Shown here piece after piece: positions 40,330-49,685 of a stretch of DNA of 64,000 nucleotides (positions within the stretch are counted from its first letter, which is position 1; each line of letters opens with the position of its first letter). Position numbers and translations under genes: made by a program. Under the pieces are notes generated by a model. It did not search any database. It saw nothing but the letters and a program-made list of their open reading frames with translations, and had not been told where the DNA came from. Source of the stretch: Actinomycetota bacterium (lineage in GTDB: Bacteria > Actinomycetota > Actinomycetes > Nanopelagicales > Nanopelagicaceae); contig VGBN01000001.1 of assembly GCA_016870455.1 (NCBI GenBank), positions 5,344-69,343 on the forward strand, written 5' to 3'.

Positions 40330-40923
40330 ATGAAAATCTCAAAATTTGATCTGTTTAGAAATTCCAGATTAGCGATGGGTCTTGCATTATTTATAATCGC
40401 ATTAACAGCAGCTAGCCTGATCTCAAAAGAGGCGAATCGAACCGTTTTAGTTTGGTCTGTAACTGGTGATCTTTCTCCTGGCCAAATTATTCAACCAACA
40501 GATATCACCCCAGCATCAGTTTTGTTAGCTCAATCTGCAAAAAACTATCTATCTGCTTCCGCAGATATTGTTGGTACCACTGTTTTAACCAAAATATCCG
40601 CGGGTGATTTGATACCAGTAGCTTCAATTGGCAGCGGTATTGATCCTGTAAATCAACGACTTCTTCCCTTAACAGTTGAGATCTCAGATCTACCTATCTC
40701 ACTTGCTCGGGGAGATTTAATTGATATTTATGCAATTGGTAAATCCAATGCAAAAGAGGAGATTGCACCAGCATTACTTGCAACCAATGTCAGTGTTGAG
40801 CAGGTCTTAGAGCGAAACAATTCAGGCGTAGTTAGCGTATTAGTGATTCTTGAAAATGAGCAGATTCTTCCTACCTTAAATTTCTTAGTTGATAGTAGAT
40901 TAATACTTGTTAGAACTCGCTGA
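40330..40923 (+). CDS. SAF-domain protein (CpaB/RcpC-like)
   Basis: R...G..L TM anchor, SAF-like DLSPGQII..., L.RGD.IDIY. Confidence 0.7.
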   Translation: MKISKFDLFRNSRLAMGLALFIIALTAASLISKEANRTVLVWSVTGDLSPGQIIQPTDITPASVLLAQSAKNYLSASADIVGTTVLTKISAGDLIPVASIGSGIDPVNQRLLPLTVEISDLPISLARGDLIDIYAIGKSNAKEEIAPALLATNVSVEQVLERNNSGVVSVLVILENEQILPTLNFLVDSRLILVRTR

Positions 40924-41845
40924 ACCTAGATTAAAAATAGTAACTGCAATTAGTAGCAGTGAACATGAAGAAAAGGTGGCAGGTTTATTACATTCACAAG
41001 GCTGCAATATCATCTATCGAGCTCTCAATTATCAACTTCTATCAACCTTCCTGGCTCAATATCAAGGTGAGCTTTGCGTTCTTTATACAGATGAGTTTGC
41101 TGCTAAAGCGGATTTAGATCAGTTAGTAAATAGATTTGAAAACCACAGGTTTACTCAGGTAGCAGAAAGGTTTGATCAGCATCAATTAGTAGATCAACTG
41201 TTGGCACTGAGTCGACCACCTTTGATTCACAAAGTTATTAGAGTGAAAAATTTAATTTCCATTTTTGGCACTCCTGGCTCACCTGGAGTTTCGACTATTA
41301 CCAACCATTTAGCAGCATTAAAGTCAGCCCAGATATTCACCTGCGCACACTCCAACCTGCGACCTCAAACAAGCTCCAATGTAGATAAACTCTTACCATC
41401 TGAGTTAGGTCAAAAAATTGCTCAAATTAAGGATGATCTAACATTTATTGATGCTGGTGAAACAATTTCGCTGACCAAAACTATCTCTGATCGAAGGGTT
41501 TCTGCCCACTGGCTAAATCAAGCTCTAACCGGTTCAGCGAAAGTAATTTATGTTGTACCTGCTAATGAAAATGGTATGAGTTATTTAGCAGATTTTGTTG
41601 ACGATTATAAAAAGGTGGTTAATAGTCCAGAGATAATTTTTGTCTTAAACAAACAACGGTTTGATAGATCAGGTCAGATGGTTCAAAGGAGATTTGTGGA
41701 GTTAGTAGGCCAGTCAAGCAGTGCGCAATTACCATTTGATCATCGGGCAGCACAGTTACCAAATGGTGCTGGATCAGCAAAGGCTTTTTGGCGAAGTAGC
41801 ACCTTTAGTCGGCAGATTGAAAAAATCGGTAATCAACTCCACTAG
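40907..41845 (+). CDS. CpaE/TadZ-like P-loop protein (receiver-like N-terminus, deviant MinD/ParA domain)
   Basis: GTPGSPGVST deviant Walker A, FIDAG, FVLNK, LPFD; follows the SAF gene. Confidence 0.6.
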   Translation: MLELAEPRLKIVTAISSSEHEEKVAGLLHSQGCNIIYRALNYQLLSTFLAQYQGELCVLYTDEFAAKADLDQLVNRFENHRFTQVAERFDQHQLVDQLLALSRPPLIHKVIRVKNLISIFGTPGSPGVSTITNHLAALKSAQIFTCAHSNLRPQTSSNVDKLLPSELGQKIAQIKDDLTFIDAGETISLTKTISDRRVSAHWLNQALTGSAKVIYVVPANENGMSYLADFVDDYKKVVNSPEIIFVLNKQRFDRSGQMVQRRFVELVGQSSSAQLPFDHRAAQLPNGAGSAKAFWRSSTFSRQIEKIGNQLH

Positions 41846-41866
41846 AAGAAGCCCTACCATTGGGCT

Positions 41867-43333
41867 ATGGCTACCCTCTCTGAGTTAATAAGCGAGAACT
41901 CAAATCTAAATTCAAATGAGGTTGAGCACCTAGCTGAGTTAGTGGCTGAATGGCGCTTACTTGCCGACTTATCATTTGCAGATTTATTACTTTGGTTACC
42001 AATTCGTCGTGATGAGAAGTCATGGCCAGAGGGCCATTTAGCAATTGCGCAGATAAGACCTACAACTGCGGCCACAGTTTTCACAGAAGATTTGGTGGGC
42101 ACCAGTATTAGTTGGGGTGAACGACCATTAGTAGATCAAGCATTATCTGAGGGTGAAATAGTAAGAGATGCAAAGCCTGAATTAGTTGGTCAAATTATGA
42201 TAAAAGAGGAGAGCATTCCAGTAATCTTTAATGGAAAAATTTTGGCTGTTATCTCAAGACATCGAAATGCTGAGTTAATGCGTCAGCCCTCCAAGTTAGA
42301 GTTGAATTATCGAGAGATCGCCCACAAAATATATAAAATGGTTGCAGAGGGTAATTTCCCAATTAGAAACTCACTTTATAGCTCTGAATCATCACCCCGG
42401 GTTGGCGATGGACTTATTCGGTTAGATGTTAACGGAACAATATTTTTTGCCTCCCCAAATGCCAGATCTGCTCTGAATAGAGTTGGTTTTCAAAAAGAGT
42501 TAGAGGGTGAAAATCTAGGGGTAGTTTTTTCTAATTTGGGCAAAGCAGATGTAAATCCCACAGATGAATCTTGGCAAACCATCCTTAGCGGTAAATTCTT
42601 GCGGCGCGCTGAGTATGAAACCCAATCAGCGGTCTTAGATATTTTAGTAATTCCTTTGACTGAAGGTAATGATCGAATTGGTGCAATTGTATTAATACAT
42701 AATATTACGGAGCTTAGAAACCGTGATCGAGCCCTTATTACCAAAGATGCAACAATAAAAGAGATACATCATCGAGTAAAAAACAATTTACAGACCGTCT
42801 CAGCACTACTGCGGTTGCAATCCAGACGTGTGATCGATCCTATTGCCAGCTCAGCTCTTGATGAAGCAGTGCGCAGGGTAGCTTCTATTGCTTTAGTTCA
42901 TGAAACTCTTTCAAATCAATCCTCTGAATTAGTTGAGTTTGATTTGGTATTTGAACAAATCGTTAAAAATGCACTGGAATTAAACCCTAGGCCGATTACC
43001 TATAAAAAAATAGGCACCTTCGGATTCTTTGATTCCAAGAGCGCAACAGCATTATCACTTGTAATTACCGAATTAATTCATAATTCACTAGAGCATGGGC
43101 TAAGTGAGTCGGGGGATGAGTTGACAGTTGAGATTTCAAAAAATGGTACCCATTGTCTGGTAAGTATTTGTGACAATGGCGCTGGATTACCAGCAGACTT
43201 TAATATTGAAAAATCAGCAAATCTAGGTTTACAGATTGCAAATACACTTGCAAAAAATGAATTAAATGGAAGTATAAATTTGGTTAGAGTTGATAACTTA
43301 ACTAAAGGAGAGATTTCCTTTAGCCTAAATTAA
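41867..43333 (+). CDS. pdtaS: Cytoplasmic sensor histidine kinase PdtaS
   Basis: W.LLADLSFADL, Q.RP.TA.T, PRVGDG, EIHHRVKNNLQTV; adjacent to whiB1. Confidence 0.92.
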   Translation: MATLSELISENSNLNSNEVEHLAELVAEWRLLADLSFADLLLWLPIRRDEKSWPEGHLAIAQIRPTTAATVFTEDLVGTSISWGERPLVDQALSEGEIVRDAKPELVGQIMIKEESIPVIFNGKILAVISRHRNAELMRQPSKLELNYREIAHKIYKMVAEGNFPIRNSLYSSESSPRVGDGLIRLDVNGTIFFASPNARSALNRVGFQKELEGENLGVVFSNLGKADVNPTDESWQTILSGKFLRRAEYETQSAVLDILVIPLTEGNDRIGAIVLIHNITELRNRDRALITKDATIKEIHHRVKNNLQTVSALLRLQSRRVIDPIASSALDEAVRRVASIALVHETLSNQSSELVEFDLVFEQIVKNALELNPRPITYKKIGTFGFFDSKSATALSLVITELIHNSLEHGLSESGDELTVEISKNGTHCLVSICDNGAGLPADFNIEKSANLGLQIANTLAKNELNGSINLVRVDNLTKGEISFSLN

Positions 43334-43599
43334 AAGGAGTTTTGATTCTCTATTTGGCGAGCGCGATTTCTAGCTGCTCGTCTCTTCATTGCTCTTCTTT
43401 CATCCTCTGACAAACCACCCCAAACACCAGCATCCTGTCCGCTCTCAAGTGCCCAAGCCAGACATGGCTCTTTCACAGGACATCTTTCACAAATTTTCTT
43501 GGCCTCTTCGATTTGAGCTAAGGCTGGACCTGTATTTCCTACCGGGAAAAAAACCTCTGGATCCTCTTCGCGACAAGCTGCTTCATGTCGCCAATCCAT
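43330..43599 (-). CDS. whiB1: WhiB1 Fe-S regulator
   Basis: MDWRH.AACR.EDPE.FFPVGNTGPAL.QIEEAK..C..C.V...CL.WALESGQDAGVWGG. Confidence 0.96.
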   Translation of the reverse strand: MDWRHEAACREEDPEVFFPVGNTGPALAQIEEAKKICERCPVKEPCLAWALESGQDAGVWGGLSEDERRAMKRRAARNRARQIENQNSF

Positions 43600-43930
43600 A
43601 GGGCAGCAACTCCTTCGATAGGTAGGTATTAAATAATTAAGTCCAAAAATTCAACTACCCTAGTCTCTCCTTAAATCAAATAATAAACAAGGATATTTTG
43701 AGAAAAATTTAAAATATTTTAGGAAGATATACCGCACTGCGCTAGATAAATCACCCTTAACCACCAAGGTAACCTGCAGATACCACCTTTAAATGAGCCA
43801 AGCTCTTGCAATTGCAGCTCTATCGATGAACTGCTGGCTTAAAGATCACAGTTGGTAGGTAAATAAATCACAATTTTGTTTGCAATTTGTTCATATTGCG
43901 CACTGGCAATCAATAGGGGAGAATTAACAG

Positions 43931-44464
43931 ATGAGCCAAACTGCCTATTTCGCAACTGGATGTTTTTGGGGAGCAGAGCGCAGATTTTGGAATTTAGAGG
44001 GAGTGCTTCAAACCTCAGTTGGTTATATGGGTGGAAATAAACCAGATCCAACCTACAAAGAGGTCTGCTCAGGTAAGACAAACCATGCTGAAATGGTTGA
44101 GGTTATCTTTGATCCACAATTGATAAGTTACAAAAGAGTATTGGCTGAGTTTTGGGTTATGCATGACCCAACCTCACTTAACCAACAAGGCGGAGATATT
44201 GGAACTCAGTATCGCTCTGCAATTTTTACCACCTCAGCACAGCAGATGCAGCAAGCAGTTGAGAGTAAAGAGATCTACCAAAGTGAGTTAAGTGAAAATG
44301 GCTTAGGTGAGATTGTTACTGAGATTTTGCCAGCATCTGGTGTTACCTACTGGTTAGCTGAGGAGTATCACCAAAGATATTTAGAGAAAAATCCAAATGG
44401 TTATGATTGTCACTCTTCAACTGGAATCGCATTTCCAGCTGCAGTGCAGAGCAACAATGGATGA
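43931..44464 (+). CDS. msrA: Peptide methionine-S-sulfoxide reductase
   Basis: GCFWG, QGGDIGTQYRSAIF, AEEYHQRY. Confidence 0.96.
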   Translation: MSQTAYFATGCFWGAERRFWNLEGVLQTSVGYMGGNKPDPTYKEVCSGKTNHAEMVEVIFDPQLISYKRVLAEFWVMHDPTSLNQQGGDIGTQYRSAIFTTSAQQMQQAVESKEIYQSELSENGLGEIVTEILPASGVTYWLAEEYHQRYLEKNPNGYDCHSSTGIAFPAAVQSNNG

Positions 44465-44906
44465 GATAAAGCCAATAAATTCAAGTGGGGAGCCTTACAA
44501 GGTTCAAATCGATGAGCAAGAGTTAGCTCGTCGGGTGGATGCACTCTCCTTTGATGTGCTTAGAAAATCTGCAACTGAAACTGCATTCACAGGTGAGTAC
44601 ACAGATACTCAAACAATCGGTGTGTATAAGTGCAAAGCATGTGCTGCTGAATTATTTAGGTCTGAGACTAAGTTTCACTCAGGTTGTGGTTGGCCCTCTT
44701 TTTATGCACCAACTGCAGATGATGCAGTTGAATTAATTGAAGATCGCTCACTTTTTCCAAGAATTAGAACTGAGGTTAGATGCTCAGCCTGTGGCTCACA
44801 TCTAGGCCATGTATTTACTGGCGAGGGGTATGCAGTTCCAACAGATCAAAGATGGTGCATTAACTCAGTTGCATTGGTATTGGAGCCAAAAAAGCCAAGT
44901 AATTAA
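44457..44906 (+). CDS. msrB: Peptide methionine-R-sulfoxide reductase
   Basis: KFHSGCGWPSF, HLGHVF, RWCINS; two CxxC. Confidence 0.96.
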   Translation: MDEIKPINSSGEPYKVQIDEQELARRVDALSFDVLRKSATETAFTGEYTDTQTIGVYKCKACAAELFRSETKFHSGCGWPSFYAPTADDAVELIEDRSLFPRIRTEVRCSACGSHLGHVFTGEGYAVPTDQRWCINSVALVLEPKKPSN

Positions 44907-44944
44907 GCAGGAGTAGAAATTATTAGATGGGCTAGGCTTTAACA

Positions 44945-46078
44945 ATGGGCCAAGAGGCAGATCTTGAGAAGTTAGCACTTGAATCAAAGGTGGTCGCAGC
45001 AGGTCGGCCTAGTAAGCAACCAGATGGTGCGTTAAATCCACCAATTGCTCTTAATTCAACATTTCATGAGGGCGGCCCAGTTGGCTATGGCAGATATGGA
45101 AATGAAACCTGGAGTGCATTAGAGCAGGCGATCTCAATTTTAGAGGGTGGAAAGACTCTGCTTTTTTCATCTGGCATGGCAGCAATTAGCGCTGTTTACT
45201 CATTACTACCGGAGGGTGCTGTGGTGGTGGCAGCAAACAATGGGTATCAGGGAACTACGACCTTGTTAAAAAAGTTACATGAGAGTGAAAAGTTAAAGGT
45301 TAGATTTGTAAATCTTGCCAATACTGATGAAACCATAGCTGCAATTGCTGGCGCACAATTGCTTTACTTAGAATCTCCAATTAATCCACTGCTTGAGATT
45401 GTTGATTTGCCTAAGGTGATTAAGGCTGGCAAGGCTGCTGGTTGCGGTGTCGCGGTTGATAACACATTGGCAACTCCACTTATTCAAAACCCACTAAATC
45501 TTGGAGCAGATATTGTGATTCACTCAGTCACAAAGTATCTATCGGGGCATAGTGATTTAATTTTGGGCTCGCTAAGTACAAATGATGCAGCACTTTACGC
45601 GCGCTTAGAGCAAGCCCGCAGGTATGGTGGCGCAATTGCCGGCCCATTTGAGGCTTGGATTGCATTACGTGGGCTGAGAACTTTTTCACTTCGTATGGAA
45701 AAGTCACAGCAAAATGCGTTGGAGTTAGCTAAACGGCTTTTGGCAGATAAAAGAGTTTCAAAGGTCAGATATCCCGGCCTGCCGACTGATCCGTATCATG
45801 GATTGGCAAAAAGCTTTATGAAGGGTTTTGGCGCAATGATCTCATTTGATGTTAATGCCAGTATCGATCAGGTGGATTTGATGTGTGATAGTTCAAAATT
45901 GATAACAAATGCCACCTCCTTAGGCGGGGTGGAATCTATTTGGGAGCGCAGGCGCAAATGGGCAACTGAGAGTGTTACCGTGCCAGAGAATTTGATCAGA
46001 TTTTCGGTAGGAATTGAAAATGTCGATGATTTATGGGCAGATATTGAGTTTGCATTTGCGGCAGCAAAAATTAAATGA
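44945..46078 (+). CDS. Cystathionine gamma-synthase/lyase family PLP enzyme
   Basis: YGRYGN, FSSGMAAI, DNT.ATP, HSVTKYLSGHSD, SLGGVES, RFSVGIE. Confidence 0.9.
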   Translation: MGQEADLEKLALESKVVAAGRPSKQPDGALNPPIALNSTFHEGGPVGYGRYGNETWSALEQAISILEGGKTLLFSSGMAAISAVYSLLPEGAVVVAANNGYQGTTTLLKKLHESEKLKVRFVNLANTDETIAAIAGAQLLYLESPINPLLEIVDLPKVIKAGKAAGCGVAVDNTLATPLIQNPLNLGADIVIHSVTKYLSGHSDLILGSLSTNDAALYARLEQARRYGGAIAGPFEAWIALRGLRTFSLRMEKSQQNALELAKRLLADKRVSKVRYPGLPTDPYHGLAKSFMKGFGAMISFDVNASIDQVDLMCDSSKLITNATSLGGVESIWERRRKWATESVTVPENLIRFSVGIENVDDLWADIEFAFAAAKIK

Positions 46079-46566
46079 GTGATGTCAAGGTTAGATCTGC
46101 TCAGACCACCGATCTGCCGGTGATTTTGAAGTACATCCATGATTTAGCTATTTATGAAAAAGCCCCAAATGAGGTAAAGCTCACTGCCAAGGATTTAGAA
46201 GAGTCATTGTTTGGTAAAAATCCCCAGGTTTACTGCCTAATCTCAGAGTTGGATGGAAAAGCAACTGGATTTGCAGTTTGGCACTTAAATTACTCAACCT
46301 GGCTTGGTCGGCATGGGATATATCTAGAGGATCTATATGTCGATCCCAACTTTCGAGGCCTAGGTCATGGCAAGGCATTACTTCAGAGGTTGGCTCAAAT
46401 CTGTATTGAGCGGGGATATCAAAGATTGCAGTGGTGGGTATTAGATTGGAATGAAAGTGCCATCGAGTTTTATAGATCAATCGGGGCCGAACCAATGGAT
46501 CAATGGACCGTTTTTAGAGTATCTGGGAGTTCACTGGAAAAGCTCGCCACCGAAGGAATTAAGTAA
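46075..46566 (+). CDS. GNAT N-acetyltransferase (spermidine/diamine acetyltransferase-like)
   Basis: LA.YEK, YSTWLG..GIYLEDLYV, RGLGHGK, WWVLDWN..AI.FY. Confidence 0.88.
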   Translation: MSDVKVRSAQTTDLPVILKYIHDLAIYEKAPNEVKLTAKDLEESLFGKNPQVYCLISELDGKATGFAVWHLNYSTWLGRHGIYLEDLYVDPNFRGLGHGKALLQRLAQICIERGYQRLQWWVLDWNESAIEFYRSIGAEPMDQWTVFRVSGSSLEKLATEGIK

Positions 46567-46598
46567 TTACTTAACTTAAAAGATAGTAGATTTATCCC

Positions 46599-46745
46599 AT
46601 GATTAAAGCTTTTAAGCGATTATTTGCACTCCTTGCCGGAGTACTTGTGATTTTTGGCGCAGTCAAAAGCATCTTTAATTGGCTTGCTCGTTCTGAAAAT
46701 GATGAGTACGAGGTGTGGAGTGATGATGAACGTGAGGATGCTTAA
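46599..46745 (+). CDS. Unannotated 48-aa single-pass membrane protein
   Basis: MIKAFKRLFALLAGVLVIFGAVKSIFNWLARSENDEYEVWSDDEREDA*; TAGATT 6 nt upstream; stop directly abuts the next ATG. Confidence 0.7.
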   Translation: MIKAFKRLFALLAGVLVIFGAVKSIFNWLARSENDEYEVWSDDEREDA

Positions 46746-47126
46746 ATGAGTAGTGAATATGTTGCTGGAAGTTGCAACATAGGCAAAGGTGAGATTAAGC
46801 GCCGTCAAACTATTGCACTAATCGGAGTTTTCTTAATCTTTTTTTCAGCTTCAACGATTTTAGGAACAGATCAGGGTAGATCTGCTCGAATATCAATATT
46901 TATACCGGCGATGATTTTTGCGGTTGGATTTATCCAAGCTAGAAAGAAGTTTTGTTTAGCTTATGGGCTGGCTGGAACTTTTAATTTTGGCAAGCTTGGC
47001 AGCATTTCAAAGGTTCAAAATGAGGAGGATAAAAAAGCAGATCGTAAAACTGCAATTAATATCCTGATTCAATCTGCGGCACTGGCTAGTGCAATAACCC
47101 TACTTTTTTACCTTCTACCCTTATAA
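46746..47126 (+). CDS. Conserved hypothetical membrane protein
   Basis: Y..G.CNIG..E..RR N-terminus, QAR.KFC..YG, three TM segments. Confidence 0.75.
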   Translation: MSSEYVAGSCNIGKGEIKRRQTIALIGVFLIFFSASTILGTDQGRSARISIFIPAMIFAVGFIQARKKFCLAYGLAGTFNFGKLGSISKVQNEEDKKADRKTAINILIQSAALASAITLLFYLLPL

Positions 47127-47900
47127 ATCTTCATAACTTGAAGGCAGTTCGCCAACATTTAAGAACTTTAGATACGCTCCCGTGATTTTTTCTGGCTCAC
47201 CTGATGCCAACATATTTCCCTTATGCATCCAAATTGCATGATCACATAATTCATTAATTGAAGATAGTGCATGGGAGACAATCAAAATTGTTCGTGCTTC
47301 CTCACAAAGCTCTCGCATTCGATTAAATGATTTTTCCTTAAACGCAGCATCACCTGCGGAAAGTGCCTCATCTAATAGCAAGATATCTGGTGTCATGTTC
47401 ACTGCGACTGCAAAGGCAACTCTGCTATACATACCATTGCTGTAGGTGCGAACTGGCATATCAATAAATCCTTCTGGCAGATCTGCAAATGCAGCAATCG
47501 CATCTGTTTGTGCTTCGATCTCAGCCTTGCTCATGCCAGCTGCAAGTCCACCCAAAATAATGTTGTCCCGACCAGATAATGCTTTGTTAAATCCAACTCC
47601 TAATGCAAGCAGTGTTGAGATTCGTCCATTGACTGTGATCTTGCCAGAGGTCGGTGGCAAGATCCCTGCAATAGATCGCATCAGCGTTGATTTACCTGCG
47701 CCATTTGCACCAACAATGCCAACAACTGAACCATGCGTAATCTCTAGATTTAAATGCTTTACTGCCTCAACCGTTCTAGTTCTTACTCGTTCACCCCGGC
47801 TAGCACGCATAATTGCATTTTTTAAAGTCTTTTTAGATTCAACATTGATTTTATAACTAATAGAAAGATCTTCTATTTTGATTGCCAAATCTTTTGACAA
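47121..47900 (-). CDS. Polysaccharide export ABC transporter ATPase (Wzt/TagH-like)
   Basis: GANGAGKST, YSNGM, LLLDEALSAGD..F..KS, VSH; start uncertain (TTG 47900 chosen). Confidence 0.9.
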   Translation of the reverse strand: MSKDLAIKIEDLSISYKINVESKKTLKNAIMRASRGERVRTRTVEAVKHLNLEITHGSVVGIVGANGAGKSTLMRSIAGILPPTSGKITVNGRISTLLALGVGFNKALSGRDNIILGGLAAGMSKAEIEAQTDAIAAFADLPEGFIDMPVRTYSNGMYSRVAFAVAVNMTPDILLLDEALSAGDAAFKEKSFNRMRELCEEARTILIVSHALSSINELCDHAIWMHKGNMLASGEPEKITGAYLKFLNVGELPSSYEDL

Positions 47901-47907
47901 GTTAGAG

Positions 47908-48780
47908 TTAGATACGGACGGCAAAGTCACGCTCCCTTGAGATAAAGAAGTAAGCACCCATTGCAAAGGCAATACCTGCCCAAACTAGACAACCAATTAA
48001 CTGGGAAAGAGTAGGCATTAAGCCATCAATCCAAATTCTTGAGTTTGCTGAAAGTATTGGACCTAGTGGATTTAGATAAAGCAGCACCCGATAAGAGCCA
48101 CTTAACATATCAGGCTGCCATAACACAGGTGAGGCGTATAACCAGATTCTCATAATGTAGCTAAGTAGTTTGGTGGTATCTCGGAAGTAAACATTCATAG
48201 TTGCAAACAACAAAGATAAACCAAAACTTGTCACTACAAGTAGTAGGAACAAAATTGGCAGCAGTAAATAATTGGCATTAAGTCCAGGTAATGATGTGTC
48301 ATTTAAAAATAACTTGCCGCCCCAGACAATCAAGATATAAATTGGAATTGTTGGAAAAAATTGGCGAGCTGCACTTATGGCACTAGATAGTGGAAGTAAG
48401 GCTCTTGGGAAAGCCTGGTTTAAAATTAAACTTCCACCAGATGTGATAGATGATGCGCCAAGCAAAATAGTATTTTGGGCAAAATAAAAGGTAAACAAGC
48501 CAATCAAGATATGAGCTAAGGTGGTAAAGCCTCCACCTTGACCTCTACCACCTTGAATTATGGTGACTAGCAGGTAGTAAATAATTGCCAAAAATAATGG
48601 GTTTAAAACCAACCATACTTTGCCAAGTTTTGACTCTAAGTACTCAGCTTTATCTGAAAACTTAGAGAGCTCGGTGGCAAACTCACGTCTTCGCCAAAAA
48701 TCACGTAGGTATGGCCGAAGCGGTGGCAATTTGGATCGGTGGGGTTCAAAAACTTGGATCTTGTATGGGCCCTCAATCAT
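47908..48780 (-). CDS. Polysaccharide export ABC transporter permease (Wzm/TagG-like)
   Basis: Y..S.LG.VW.VLNPL, FPRALLP, YFRD, Y.SPV.W, NPL. Confidence 0.9.
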   Translation of the reverse strand: MIEGPYKIQVFEPHRSKLPPLRPYLRDFWRRREFATELSKFSDKAEYLESKLGKVWLVLNPLFLAIIYYLLVTIIQGGRGQGGGFTTLAHILIGLFTFYFAQNTILLGASSITSGGSLILNQAFPRALLPLSSAISAARQFFPTIPIYILIVWGGKLFLNDTSLPGLNANYLLLPILFLLLVVTSFGLSLLFATMNVYFRDTTKLLSYIMRIWLYASPVLWQPDMLSGSYRVLLYLNPLGPILSANSRIWIDGLMPTLSQLIGCLVWAGIAFAMGAYFFISRERDFAVRI

Positions 48781-48785
48781 GAGGG

Positions 48786-49685
48786 TTATTCTGCCACCTT
48801 TGATTTAGAAGTACGGACCAGACTTGCAACTGTAGTAATAAGTAATGTGCCAATAATTACTGATAGCGAAAATTGGGTTGAAATCTCTGGTAGATGTAGA
48901 CCAAAAATAGTATGAATATCACTGCCATGAAGTGCTTCAAGAAGTAGTTTGATACCAATAAATCCCAGGATGATTGCGAGCCCCTCATTTAGGTAAATTA
49001 GTCGACCCATTAACCCACCTAATAAAAAGTAAATTTGTCGCAACCCCATCAGCGCAAATGCATTTGCAGTAAAGACAATATATGGATCTTTAGTTAATCC
49101 AAAAATAGCCGGAATTGAATCTAGTGCAAATATTAAATCTGTAAAGGCAATCGCTACTAGGACAATCGTTAAGGGTGAGGCACCTTTGGCTCTAAACCAG
49201 GTGATTAATCTTCCCTCTTTCCACTCTTTTTCCTTATCCTCGGTAAAAATTTTATAAGCTGTAAAAATTAAGAATGCACCAAATATGTAAAAGACCCAGG
49301 AGTAGCGAGATATCACAGCTGAGCCGAGCAAGATAAAGATTCCTCGCAAGACCAAGGCCATAACAATTCCTGCCAACAAAACTAGTTGCTGCCTTTGCTT
49401 GCTGATTTGAAATCTTGCCAATATTAAAATAAAGATAAATAGGTTATCTACTGATAATGAGTACTCAGTAATCCACCCTGCAAAAAACTCTCCCCGCGCT
49501 TGGGTAGTGCTCCATTGGCCCAGTGAGATTCCAAAAATAATTGCAGCGCTAACATAAAAAATAGTCCAGGCAGAGGCCTCACGCATAGTAGTTTCTTTAT
49601 TACGTCTTATGATGGCAAGTGATAAATCAAAGGCCAGCACTGCTAACAAACCAATTATCGTTATCTCCCAGACGGTTGAGCTCAT
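48786..49685 (-). CDS. TerC/Alx family membrane protein
   Basis: EYSLSVDNLF, DLIFALDSIPAIFGLT, N.FALMGLR. Confidence 0.92.
   Translation of the reverse strand: MSSTVWEITIIGLLAVLAFDLSLAIIRRNKETTMREASAWTIFYVSAAIIFGISLGQWSTTQARGEFFAGWITEYSLSVDNLFIFILILARFQISKQRQQLVLLAGIVMALVLRGIFILLGSAVISRYSWVFYIFGAFLIFTAYKIFTEDKEKEWKEGRLITWFRAKGASPLTIVLVAIAFTDLIFALDSIPAIFGLTKDPYIVFTANAFALMGLRQIYFLLGGLMGRLIYLNEGLAIILGFIGIKLLLEALHGSDIHTIFGLHLPEISTQFSLSVIIGTLLITTVASLVRTSKSKVAE

Noticed and set aside
46620-46808. Minus-strand 62-aa ORF from the track
   Set aside because: Overlaps the 126-aa gene; the plus-strand 48-aa ORF has better promoter, coupling and composition support.
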